Positions 35,604 to 44,860 of a stretch of DNA of 64,000 nucleotides are shown in pieces. The stretch is from an uncultured Leptolinea sp. GTDB lineage: Bacteria > Chloroflexota > Anaerolineae > Anaerolineales > Anaerolineaceae. Positions within the stretch are counted from its first letter, which is position 1. Every line of letters begins with the position of its first letter. The notes under the pieces are model-generated. The model was not told where the DNA came from and made no database searches. It was given only the letters and a program-made list of their open reading frames with translations. The translations under genes and the position numbers were made by a program. The stretch covers positions 16,323-80,322 of the forward strand of contig CAYQUX010000019.1 in the NCBI GenBank assembly GCA_964420995.1. The letters run 5' to 3'.

Positions 35604-35701
35604 GTCACTACTATTCATTATGTAAAATACATGGTGGTAAATGGTATTAAAATAGTATTAGATTCAAAAACACTCAATCCCGTGACTTAAGGCAGGCAAC
35701 T

Positions 35702-37906
35702 GTGGGGAATTTTAACGAAAACGACATAGTTCTTGATAACTACCGGATTGAGCGGAGTATCGGTCAGGGGGCTTTTGGGGAAGTCTATCTGGCGACGGAT
35801 ACCGGACTGAATGGCAAGCGTGCCATCAAAGTGCTGCTGCGCGATGATATTGGTGTGGGCAGTTCGGATTACAACGATTACCGCAACCGTTTCCGCCTGG
35901 AAGCCCAGTTGATGGAATGGTTCAACAATCCACATATCATCCGGGTGTACAACTTCCTGGAAAAGGACAATGTACTTTATTTGATCATGGAGTATGCCGG
36001 AGGCGGCAGCCTGAAACATCGCATGGATCAGGCAAAGAAGGACAGCAGTGTCCTTTCGATAGACGAATCCGTCAAGATCGCCCTGAATATCGCAGAAGGG
36101 CTGTCAGCCCTGCATGCCAAGGATGTCATCCACCGCGACCTGAAACCTTCCAACATCCTATTTGACGCGGAAGGCAACGCCAAGGTAGCGGATCTGGGTC
36201 TGGCGCAGGTTCCCGGCGGACCCAGCCTGCGCTCGCAATTGAGTATCCCGGTTCCCCACCCGGGCACACCGGCATACATGAGCCCCGAGCACGCCAACAG
36301 CTCCAACTACCTTACCCCGGCTTCTGATATCTACTCCCTCGGGTTGATTCTGTTCGAGATGATTACCGGGCGAAATTTCAAGACATTACGGCCAGGTACA
36401 CGGTTAAGTGGGATTATGCCCTCGGCGCCCGGGTGGCTGGATGGTCTGGTATCCCGCATGCTGTCTGAGAATATAAAAGACCGCCCCTGGGACGGCACGG
36501 AAACAGCCGAATTATTACGCGAAGGGTTGGTGAAGCTGGACAAGGCCCAGGCAGAAAAACAAAAAACAGCGGATACCGTGAATGTTGCTGATGATTCGGA
36601 AATGCGTAAGAAGGCGGAGGAGGCTGAACGAGCCCACCGAAAAGAAGAGATCAGGCAACTGGAAGCACAGTGCAAGGTAGCCATTCAAAACCAGGATTGG
36701 AACGCAGCCAATCGTGTGATCAAAACATTGAAGGGGATGGGGAATGATGGCCAATCTGCGGCAGAACTTTGCCAGGCCGATCTGGATAACAGCAGGAAAA
36801 AGACCAGGTCATCGGATTCCGTCTGGAAAAAATTTAGGTGGTTGGGAATTCTTGCTGTTACACTGATTATATTAACAATTATTATAGTAAATTGGCCAGC
36901 TCAACCGGTAATACCAACGGCGGTGCCAGTGTCAGAGGTTCCGGCTGCCCCTATTGCTACTGTCGAATATCATGAACCTACTCTTGAACCTGTTGCCCCT
37001 GCTGCCGCTGCTCCTGACCCCAAAGAAAGTAAGAAATTCACGTATCAAGACATGACCATGTGTTTCCCACAAATGGGGGCGGAAAGTTCCTGGCGGGAAG
37101 CCAACACGGCATCTTTTAAAGAGACAGCAGCCAAGCTGGGTGTTGGTTTGATCTTTTCGGACGCGCAGCAAAAGCAGGAAAATCAGATAGCTGCCATGCG
37201 AGCCTGCATCGCCCAGGGCGTGAGCGTCATCGCGTTGCCGCCGATAGTCCAGGATGGTTGGGAATCAGTGTTACAGGAAGCCAAAGACGCGGCAATACCT
37301 GTGATCATCATTGACCGCGCTGTATCTGCAGATCCGTCTCTCTTTGCTGCCCATATTGGCTCTGACATGGTAATTGAGGGGGAAAAGGCTGGCTCTGAGA
37401 TGAACAAACTGCTTCCCAACGGCGGAAAAATTGTTGAATTGAGAGGCACCGATGGCTCAGGTGCTGCTGTTGGTCGCGCAAATGGCTTTAGAAATACTCT
37501 CAATTCAAATATTCAGATGATTGACACACAGACAGCCAATTTCAATCGAACTGAAAGCAAACCTGCCATGGCAGCAATGCTAAAAAAGTATGGGAAATCC
37601 ATAAATGGATTGTTTTCCCATAACGATGATATGACCATGGGTGCCATTGCCGCGCTTAGAGCAGCCGGTTTCAAACCCGGGGATGTTAAGATCGTTTCTG
37701 TTGACGGAAACAAAGAGGCATTTCAGGCTTTGATGGACGGTTGGATTTCGGCAGAAGTGGAATGCAGTCCCATGATAGGACCACAGGCCATGGAAACCGC
37801 TCTGAAGGTTCTCAATGGCGAGCCGGTGGATCAGTATATTTTGACTAATGAAGGTGTTTTTTACCCTGATCAGGCAAGAGGATTGATTTCCACCCGGCAA
37901 TATTAG
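35702..37906 (+). CDS. Ser/Thr kinase – coiled coil – TM – extracellular PBP type I (LacI/ribose-binding-like) sugar-binding sensor domain
   Basis: GTG start (MGNFNEND...). Kinase motifs with DLG. The C-terminal 300 aa are a periplasmic-binding-protein type I fold (VIIIDRAV ... SHNDDMTMGAIAALRAAG ... VSVDGNKEA). Confidence 0.85.
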   Translation: MGNFNENDIVLDNYRIERSIGQGAFGEVYLATDTGLNGKRAIKVLLRDDIGVGSSDYNDYRNRFRLEAQLMEWFNNPHIIRVYNFLEKDNVLYLIMEYAGGGSLKHRMDQAKKDSSVLSIDESVKIALNIAEGLSALHAKDVIHRDLKPSNILFDAEGNAKVADLGLAQVPGGPSLRSQLSIPVPHPGTPAYMSPEHANSSNYLTPASDIYSLGLILFEMITGRNFKTLRPGTRLSGIMPSAPGWLDGLVSRMLSENIKDRPWDGTETAELLREGLVKLDKAQAEKQKTADTVNVADDSEMRKKAEEAERAHRKEEIRQLEAQCKVAIQNQDWNAANRVIKTLKGMGNDGQSAAELCQADLDNSRKKTRSSDSVWKKFRWLGILAVTLIILTIIIVNWPAQPVIPTAVPVSEVPAAPIATVEYHEPTLEPVAPAAAAPDPKESKKFTYQDMTMCFPQMGAESSWREANTASFKETAAKLGVGLIFSDAQQKQENQIAAMRACIAQGVSVIALPPIVQDGWESVLQEAKDAAIPVIIIDRAVSADPSLFAAHIGSDMVIEGEKAGSEMNKLLPNGGKIVELRGTDGSGAAVGRANGFRNTLNSNIQMIDTQTANFNRTESKPAMAAMLKKYGKSINGLFSHNDDMTMGAIAALRAAGFKPGDVKIVSVDGNKEAFQALMDGWISAEVECSPMIGPQAMETALKVLNGEPVDQYILTNEGVFYPDQARGLISTRQY

Positions 37907-38030
37907 CGATTGACGCTTGGAGTAATCTTCAATTGGTGTTGGTTATTTGAACCATCCTGAATTCCCAACACGTTTTTTGGATAAATATGTACTAAACTGA
38001 ATCAAATATCAAATCCGGCAGGGAGAAAAT

Positions 38031-40313
38031 ATGGGAAAGTTCAATGAAAAAGACATCATACTGGAAAATTGCCGGATCGAAAAAAGCATTGGGCAGGGCT
38101 CCTTTGGGGAAGTGTACCTGGCCACGAACACTGGAGTAAACAGCAAACGGGCTATCAAAGTGCTGCTGCATGATGAAATCGGTCTGGGCAGTACGGATTA
38201 TTTGCGCTACCAAAAACGCTTCCGTCAGGAATCTCAGTTGATGGCTTGGTTTAGCAATCCCCATCTGATCCGAGTGTACGACTTCCGGGAAGTGGATAAT
38301 ACACTTTACCTGGTTATGGAATATGCCGCCGGGGGAAGTCTCAGGCAGAAGATGGACCAGACCAAGGTAAACGGGCGGAATTTTTCTCCCGAAGAAACTG
38401 CCCGAATTGGAATAGATATTGCTGAAGGTTTGGCCGCATTGCACGCCAAAGATGTTATTCACCGTGACCTGAAGCCGTCCAATATTTTGTTTGATTCGGA
38501 TGGGCAGGCCATTGTGGCTGACCTCGGTCTGGCTCAAGTGCCAGGTGGACCAAGTTTGCGGTCAGAGTTGAGCAATCCCCCTCCGCATCCTGGCACACCG
38601 GCCTATATGAGTCCGGAACATTCCAATTCGAACATATATCTGACGCCTCCGTCGGATGTGTACGCGTTGGGGATAATCCTATTTGAAATGTTGACCGGAC
38701 GCAACCCCAAGATGCTACCTCCTGGAACGTCCTTACGGAGTCAACTCCCGACCGCGCCGGAATGGTTGGATGACCTTTTAACGCGTATGCTGGATAAAGA
38801 TCCAGAAAAACGCCCCTGGGACGGTGAAAAAACGGCTGTTGAATTGCGTAAGGGTTTGGCTGAAGAGATTGAAAAAAAGAAAAAACATGATGATGAGAAG
38901 AAAATTGACGGTCCCAACCAGGAAGATCGCCTGGAAAAGGAAATCCTTCTCTATGTAGAACAGGGCATGACCGCCATAAGATTGAAAGACTGGTCGGCTG
39001 CCCGACGGGTTATCGATGTATTGAGGGGATTGGGGGATAAAGGTGTAAACGCATCAAACCGAATAGAAGCGTTGATACAACCACCTAAACCACCACTACC
39101 ATGGAAAAAATACATGTGGGTTATGATTGCGGGGTTGGCAATGATCGCATTAATATTTGCAATCCAAAACCTTCCCTGGCCACACTCGAATCAAGCCACT
39201 CCAACTGTATCAACGGTAGAACCTACAATATCTCAACTCTCTACAGCCCCCATTATCAAACCGTCAGCAACGTCCAACAAGCCTGTCATAGCTCCATCTG
39301 GTCAGAAGATCAAAATCGGACTGTCATTTTCTGATTTCGCGACCGAACGCTGGACGAATGAGAACGCCCTGCTTCATACACTGCTCGAAGCCAAAGGGTA
39401 CGAAGTGATCACAACCGATGCCAAAGGTAATGCCAGTGTTCAAAATAGCCAGATTAATAATCTGGTTGCCAAAGGAGCAAAAGGCCTGATCATTTTGGCG
39501 CAGGATGGAGACGCCATTGTTCCAGCTGTGGAAAAAGCAGCCAATGCTGGTGTTACAGTAGTAGCTTATGACCGTTTGATCAAAACCTCAAAAATTGGCG
39601 CCTATGTTTCATTTAATAATGTTGAAGTTGGGAATCAACAGGCTGCAGGTATATTGAAAGCGCTGGATATTGACGGGGGTAAATGGACGAAACAAAACCC
39701 GGCAAAAATAGCCTTACTGGCGGGTAGTCCTGTCGATAATAACGCCGTTCTTTTCCGGAAAGGTCAGACGGATATTCTACAGAAATATATCGATTCCGGT
39801 CTTGTGAAAATTGTTGGCGACAAATGGGTTGAAAACTGGGACCCGGCCGATGCAACAAAACAGATGGAAAGCATAATCGCCAATCAGGGGAAAAAGATTG
39901 ATGGCGTGGTGGCTTCCAACGATGGTACCGGACTGGCAGCCCTTGAGGTCTTGAAATCCCATGGATTACGGGTACCTGTCTCCGGACAGGATGCCACGGC
40001 GGACGGGTGTAATTCTATCGTTAAGGGTGAATTGACAATCACGGTCTTTAAAGATTTCCGAAAATTGGCGCCTAATGCTGTCGAAGTTATGGACACATTG
40101 TTACAGGGAAAAGAACTGACTGCTCTAAAAGACTATTCCTTATCTGAATTGACATCAGGCAAAGTTACAACAGGCACTGTGAAATGCCTGTTTATTCCAG
40201 TTGTACCAGTAACAAAAGATAATATCTACGAAGTAATCGTTAAAAGCGGATTCCAATCATATGTAGATGTTTATCGTGATATTCCGAGCGGTCAGGCGCC
40301 CCCTGTGCCGTAG
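38031..40313 (+). CDS. Ser/Thr kinase – TM – extracellular ChvE/XylF-like PBP1 sugar-binding domain (paralog of the ABC binding protein at 1696..2787)
   Basis: Kinase motifs. The C-terminal domain aligns with the ABC binding protein over its full length (IGLSFSDFATERW / [12 protein letters not shown]; VSGQDATADGCNSIVKGELTITVFKD / [26 protein letters not shown]). Confidence 0.85.
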   Translation: MGKFNEKDIILENCRIEKSIGQGSFGEVYLATNTGVNSKRAIKVLLHDEIGLGSTDYLRYQKRFRQESQLMAWFSNPHLIRVYDFREVDNTLYLVMEYAAGGSLRQKMDQTKVNGRNFSPEETARIGIDIAEGLAALHAKDVIHRDLKPSNILFDSDGQAIVADLGLAQVPGGPSLRSELSNPPPHPGTPAYMSPEHSNSNIYLTPPSDVYALGIILFEMLTGRNPKMLPPGTSLRSQLPTAPEWLDDLLTRMLDKDPEKRPWDGEKTAVELRKGLAEEIEKKKKHDDEKKIDGPNQEDRLEKEILLYVEQGMTAIRLKDWSAARRVIDVLRGLGDKGVNASNRIEALIQPPKPPLPWKKYMWVMIAGLAMIALIFAIQNLPWPHSNQATPTVSTVEPTISQLSTAPIIKPSATSNKPVIAPSGQKIKIGLSFSDFATERWTNENALLHTLLEAKGYEVITTDAKGNASVQNSQINNLVAKGAKGLIILAQDGDAIVPAVEKAANAGVTVVAYDRLIKTSKIGAYVSFNNVEVGNQQAAGILKALDIDGGKWTKQNPAKIALLAGSPVDNNAVLFRKGQTDILQKYIDSGLVKIVGDKWVENWDPADATKQMESIIANQGKKIDGVVASNDGTGLAALEVLKSHGLRVPVSGQDATADGCNSIVKGELTITVFKDFRKLAPNAVEVMDTLLQGKELTALKDYSLSELTSGKVTTGTVKCLFIPVVPVTKDNIYEVIVKSGFQSYVDVYRDIPSGQAPPVP

Positions 40314-40398
40314 ACTTGTTTATGGTTTCTATGATGTCTACGGGATACCTATGAAGAAAAGCTTCTTAAGATAAACCAGAGATATTGACCTTCCCGGC

Positions 40399-42177
40399 AT
40401 GAGAAACAAGGACAACATTATGGAGACAAAATCATTTGGCAAGTACGAATTACTGGAGAAACTCGGCACCGGCGCGACCGGGGAGGTCTACCACGCGCGG
40501 GATACCCAGCTCGGCCGGGATGTTGCCCTGAAATTTTTCAAACCTGCACTGGTTTCCGACCCGGATTCCTTCCAACGCTTCATGCTCGAGGCGCGGTCAT
40601 CCGCCAGCCTTTTTCATAGCAATATCGCCACCGTGTTTGATATGGGGGAAGTGGAAGGGCGTTACTTCCTTGCCATGCAATATATTGACGGCAGATCGCT
40701 GGACGACATCCTCAAATCAGATGGACCTCTCACAGTGGATGAGACAGTCCGAATGGCAAAGCAGATTGCATCCGCGTTGGACTATGCCCACCAGCAGGGT
40801 TTTCTGCACCGGGATGTTAAACCGGGGAACATCCTGCAGGATAAAAAAGGGGATTTCTTCCTCACGGACTTTGGCCTGGCCAAAGCCATGATGTCGACCG
40901 GCCTGACAAGTCACACGGGCGCCGTACTCGGCACACCACCGTATATCCCCCCCGAGATCTGGCTGGGTGAAGCGGCTTCTCCGGCGTCTGACCAGTACGC
41001 GCTGGCCTGTGTAGTTTATGAATGCCTGTCTGGAAAGCTGCTCTTTCCGGGTGAAAACACGCCGGCCATTATGACCCGGCATGTGCTCAAGGGCCCAGAA
41101 GGATTGGAATCGTTGCCCGCGACCATTCCAGCGCATATACAAAAGGGTCTGGAACGGGCGCTTTCACGGAATTCGGATAAACGCTTCGTTTCAGCAACCG
41201 AATTTGCCTCCGCGCTTGATAAACATGTGGAAAAACCGCAGCCTGAAAAGCCAAAAAAGTCGGTTCTTCCATGGCTTGTTCCCGTTGGGTTGATCACTTT
41301 GGCGGTTCTGGGATATTCAATTTTTCGGTTATTGCCCGGGGAGGAACACCCGCCAATCAATCCATCACAAAAACCGACCGAAATGGCCATCAGTCCACAG
41401 ACCCAGATTCCTCAAGTAGAAAATACGATTTTTCCCACAAAAAATTCGCCCCTGAGTTCTCCCAGGATTAACAACACAAGGAAACGCGTTAATGATGGCA
41501 TGATGATGGTGTATGTCCCTGCCGGGGAATTCACCATGGGTAGTTATGCTGGAGATGAAGATGAGAAGCCTGAACATAAAGTCACACTGCCAGCCTACTG
41601 GATTGATCAAACCGAAGTAACCAATAAAATGTTTTTTATTTGCGTAAGCAATGGGAGGTGCCAGCCTCCCGTAAATATTCGTTCAAATACCCGTGATGGT
41701 TATTATAGCTATAACGCTTATGATAATTACCCAGTAATCAATATAAATTGGGAGCAGGCAAGAGTTTATTGCGACTGGGCGGGAGGGAGGTTGCCTGATG
41801 AATCGGAATGGGAAAAAGCAGCCAGAGGTGTGGACAGCCGGATTTACCCCTGGGGGAACCAGGATGCAGATATATCTCTGGCGAACTTCGTTATATCAGA
41901 TTTAGGTGATACATCTGTTGTTGGAAGCTATAACAGTGGTCAAAGTCCCTATGGTGTTTATGATATGGCCGGTAATGTTTGGGAATGGGTTTCCAGTTCT
42001 TATCTTCCTTACCCCGGGATTAATTATGTTGCTTTTCCATTTGATTCCAGGAAAAAAATCATCAGGGGTGGTTCATGGAATGATTATGATCATTATATTC
42101 GTACGACACATCGAAATGGAAAAGATCCGTCTGATTTTGGTCTAGACATAGGATTCAGATGTATGGTCCCCGAATAA
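40399..42177 (+). CDS. Ser/Thr kinase – TM – extracellular FGE-sulfatase (SUMF1/formylglycine-generating enzyme-like) domain
   Basis: Kinase motifs (HRDVKPGNIL, DFG). C-terminal FGE-sulfatase motifs (GEFTMGS..., RVYCDWAGGRLPDESEWEKAARG, GNVWEWVSS, RGGSW). Confidence 0.85.
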   Translation: MRNKDNIMETKSFGKYELLEKLGTGATGEVYHARDTQLGRDVALKFFKPALVSDPDSFQRFMLEARSSASLFHSNIATVFDMGEVEGRYFLAMQYIDGRSLDDILKSDGPLTVDETVRMAKQIASALDYAHQQGFLHRDVKPGNILQDKKGDFFLTDFGLAKAMMSTGLTSHTGAVLGTPPYIPPEIWLGEAASPASDQYALACVVYECLSGKLLFPGENTPAIMTRHVLKGPEGLESLPATIPAHIQKGLERALSRNSDKRFVSATEFASALDKHVEKPQPEKPKKSVLPWLVPVGLITLAVLGYSIFRLLPGEEHPPINPSQKPTEMAISPQTQIPQVENTIFPTKNSPLSSPRINNTRKRVNDGMMMVYVPAGEFTMGSYAGDEDEKPEHKVTLPAYWIDQTEVTNKMFFICVSNGRCQPPVNIRSNTRDGYYSYNAYDNYPVININWEQARVYCDWAGGRLPDESEWEKAARGVDSRIYPWGNQDADISLANFVISDLGDTSVVGSYNSGQSPYGVYDMAGNVWEWVSSSYLPYPGINYVAFPFDSRKKIIRGGSWNDYDHYIRTTHRNGKDPSDFGLDIGFRCMVPE

Positions 42178-42245
42178 AATCTTTTTGCCTTATTCCCATG
42201 GATAACATTCGTCTGAGTTATTAAAAATATAGCAAGGAATAAATC

Positions 42246-43874
42246 ATGCCCTTCACCTCACTCGGCAATTACACCATCATCGCACAGATCGGCCGCGGCG
42301 GTTTTGGCACAGTCTACCGCGCCTATGACACAGTTCTGGACGTGGATAGGGCCATTAAAGTGCTCCACCCGCAATTGAACGCCGCGCCGGAATTTATCGA
42401 ACGCTTCCGGCGTGAGGCCATGATCATGGCGCGGCTGGAACATCCCAACATTGTGCCAGTCTACGAATTTGGTGAGGCGCAGGGATATTACTACCTGGTG
42501 ATGAAATATCTGCCGACTGGTTCGCTGAAGGATGTGCTGGCCAAATCCGGCCGGCTGCCATTTGCCCGGGCGCTGGACATCCTGCGGCAGATCGGCGCGG
42601 CATTGGATTTCGCCTACTCCCGCCCAGAAAAGCTGATCCACCGGGATATCAAACCGGGCAACATCCTGTTTGATAAAGATCCTCATGGCGGGCGGGAGTA
42701 CATCGCCCGGCTGGCGGATTTTGGTTTCGCCCGCGCGTTGCGCGAATCGGGCAGCATCTCAACCAGCATCAGCGGCGGGCTGATCGGAACGCCAGCCTAC
42801 ATGGCGCCGGAGATCTGGCGGGATAAACAATACACACGCGCCGCGGATGTTTACAGCCTGGCTTGCCTGTTCTTTGAAATGATCACCGGCAAAGTCCTTT
42901 TTGTGGGTGACAGCCCGGCGGTTGTGATGACCCACCACGTGTTGGACGGACCGCGATTGCCGGGTGAATGGCCGCAGGGAATTCCTGCCGGTGTGGAGAG
43001 TGTTTTTCTAAAAGCGCTATCTCAGGAACCGGCTGAACGCTATCCATCTGTGAGCGGTTTTGTCGTGGCACTGCAAAATCTACAATCTGATGGTTCTTCC
43101 AATCTTCAGACAGGTTCATCCAGCCGGCAAGCTTCACGATCAACGATTGCCGGAGACCCCGGGCAGAAGCCGCGGGCAATCACTTCGAACGCGCGATCGG
43201 GATTATCACAATGGTTGGCTGGCGGTCTGGGGGCTGTGGCTGCCCTGGCTTTTATTATTTGGGGATTGATGAACCTGATGGGCAGGTCCTCCGGCAATAC
43301 CCTGCAACCAACCCCAACTCTGACAGCCGAGACGCGGTTGGAATCTGGCATCACGACCAATCCGACTAAGACGGCCTTGCCGATGGCGGCGCTTCCACCC
43401 ACGGCTATCCCGCCGAAACAACCAACAGCCGCGAAACAGGCAGCCCTGCCAACAATGACAACCGCTCCCACTGCTACCCCGGATACGTTGCCCCGCACCT
43501 CCAATTTCATGGCCTGTCTGACGGCCTGCGAGGGTGACAGGGACCGGAATATTAAGACATTCCCGTCCGATATCCAGAAGATCTACCTTGAATGGGATTA
43601 TGAGAATTTCCCGAAGGGTTCGCGTTACATTCGTGAGTGGAATGTTAATGGGTCTCTCTGGGCGCGCTATGATTGCACATGGAATGGGTCGATGAATGGC
43701 ACTGAAACGCGGGTGACATTGACGGATCCAGCCGGGCTTGACTCCGGGTTGTGGACATTATCCATTATTGTGGATGATAAAGTGGCCATGCTGCAGAGTT
43801 TCGAGGTGTCTGGCAACCGGCATAATGGCGACCCTCCGGTTTATTTTGACTCCTGCTATGGGAAGTTGAATTAA
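42246..43874 (+). CDS. Ser/Thr kinase – TM – extracellular domain of unknown fold
   Basis: Hanks motifs (GRGGFGTVYRA, HRDIKPGNIL, DFG, APE), a TM (VAALAFIIWGLMNL), a Pro/Thr linker, and a 140-aa C-terminal domain. Confidence 0.85.
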   Translation: MPFTSLGNYTIIAQIGRGGFGTVYRAYDTVLDVDRAIKVLHPQLNAAPEFIERFRREAMIMARLEHPNIVPVYEFGEAQGYYYLVMKYLPTGSLKDVLAKSGRLPFARALDILRQIGAALDFAYSRPEKLIHRDIKPGNILFDKDPHGGREYIARLADFGFARALRESGSISTSISGGLIGTPAYMAPEIWRDKQYTRAADVYSLACLFFEMITGKVLFVGDSPAVVMTHHVLDGPRLPGEWPQGIPAGVESVFLKALSQEPAERYPSVSGFVVALQNLQSDGSSNLQTGSSSRQASRSTIAGDPGQKPRAITSNARSGLSQWLAGGLGAVAALAFIIWGLMNLMGRSSGNTLQPTPTLTAETRLESGITTNPTKTALPMAALPPTAIPPKQPTAAKQAALPTMTTAPTATPDTLPRTSNFMACLTACEGDRDRNIKTFPSDIQKIYLEWDYENFPKGSRYIREWNVNGSLWARYDCTWNGSMNGTETRVTLTDPAGLDSGLWTLSIIVDDKVAMLQSFEVSGNRHNGDPPVYFDSCYGKLN

Positions 43875-43983
43875 ACAAGTTGTCGCAAAGTCCCTCTTTT
43901 GTAAAGAAATGCGGTCGAATAACCACACTATTACCATGATAAAATTAATGAAATTGGTGATAATTCATGATGTGGAGTAACCT

Positions 43984-44860
43984 GTGGGGCGATTTGCTGA
44001 AAACGACATCATTCTAAAGAATTACCGTATCGAGAAAAGCATCGGTCAGGGTGCTTTTGGCGAAGTTTACCTGGCGACGCACCTCGGGTTGAACGGCAAG
44101 CGCGCCGTCAAGGTGCTGCTGCGCGACGAGATCGGCATGGGCAGTTCGGACTACGACGAATACCGCAACCGCTTCCGCCAGGAATCGCAGTTGATGGAGT
44201 GGTTCAAGCACCCCAATGTTGTCACCGTCTACGATTTTCAGGAGGAAGATGGCGTTCTCTTCCTGGTGATGGAATACGCGACGGGCGGCAACCTGCAGAA
44301 AAAGTTGGAAATCGCGCGGCGTGAGAATGAGCGCTTTACGGTTGATGAAGTCGTGCGCGTGGGTATAGACATTGCGGAGGGGTTATCCGCGTTGCATGCC
44401 AAGGATGTGGTCCACCGCGACCTGAAGCCGTCGAACATATTGTTTGACGTGGACGGGCGCGCCAAGGTGGCTGACCTGGGACTGGCACAGGTGCCGGGCG
44501 GGGCGAGCATGCGCTCGCAGTTGAGCATTCCCAAGCCACACCCGGGCACGCCTGCCTACATGAGCCCCGAGCAGGAGATCGCCGGTTCTTACCTGCGGCC
44601 GGCATCGGATGTGTATGCGCTTGGATTGATCCTGTTTGAAATGCTGGCCGGACGGAGCTACAAGAATATCCGGCCGGGAACCCTGATAAAGTCACTGGCT
44701 CCGGGTGTGCCGGACTGGTTTGATGAGCTATTGCGTAGGATGCTGGCGGAGTCGCCTAAAGACAGGCCATGGGACGGCGCAGAGGCAGTCAATGAACTGC
44801 GTACCGGGCTGGCTGCCGGCGATGAAAAGATGCGGGAAGCCCGCGAGAAAGCGCGTTTGG
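43984..44860 (+). repeat. Copy 1 of an ~880-bp near-identical direct repeat (the kinase-domain coding region). Copies 2 and 3 are at 47034..47910 and 50889..51760.
   Basis: Long runs of identical nucleotides are visible by eye (e.g. 44171-44340 versus 47221-47390). The third copy is more diverged. Confidence 0.7.
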
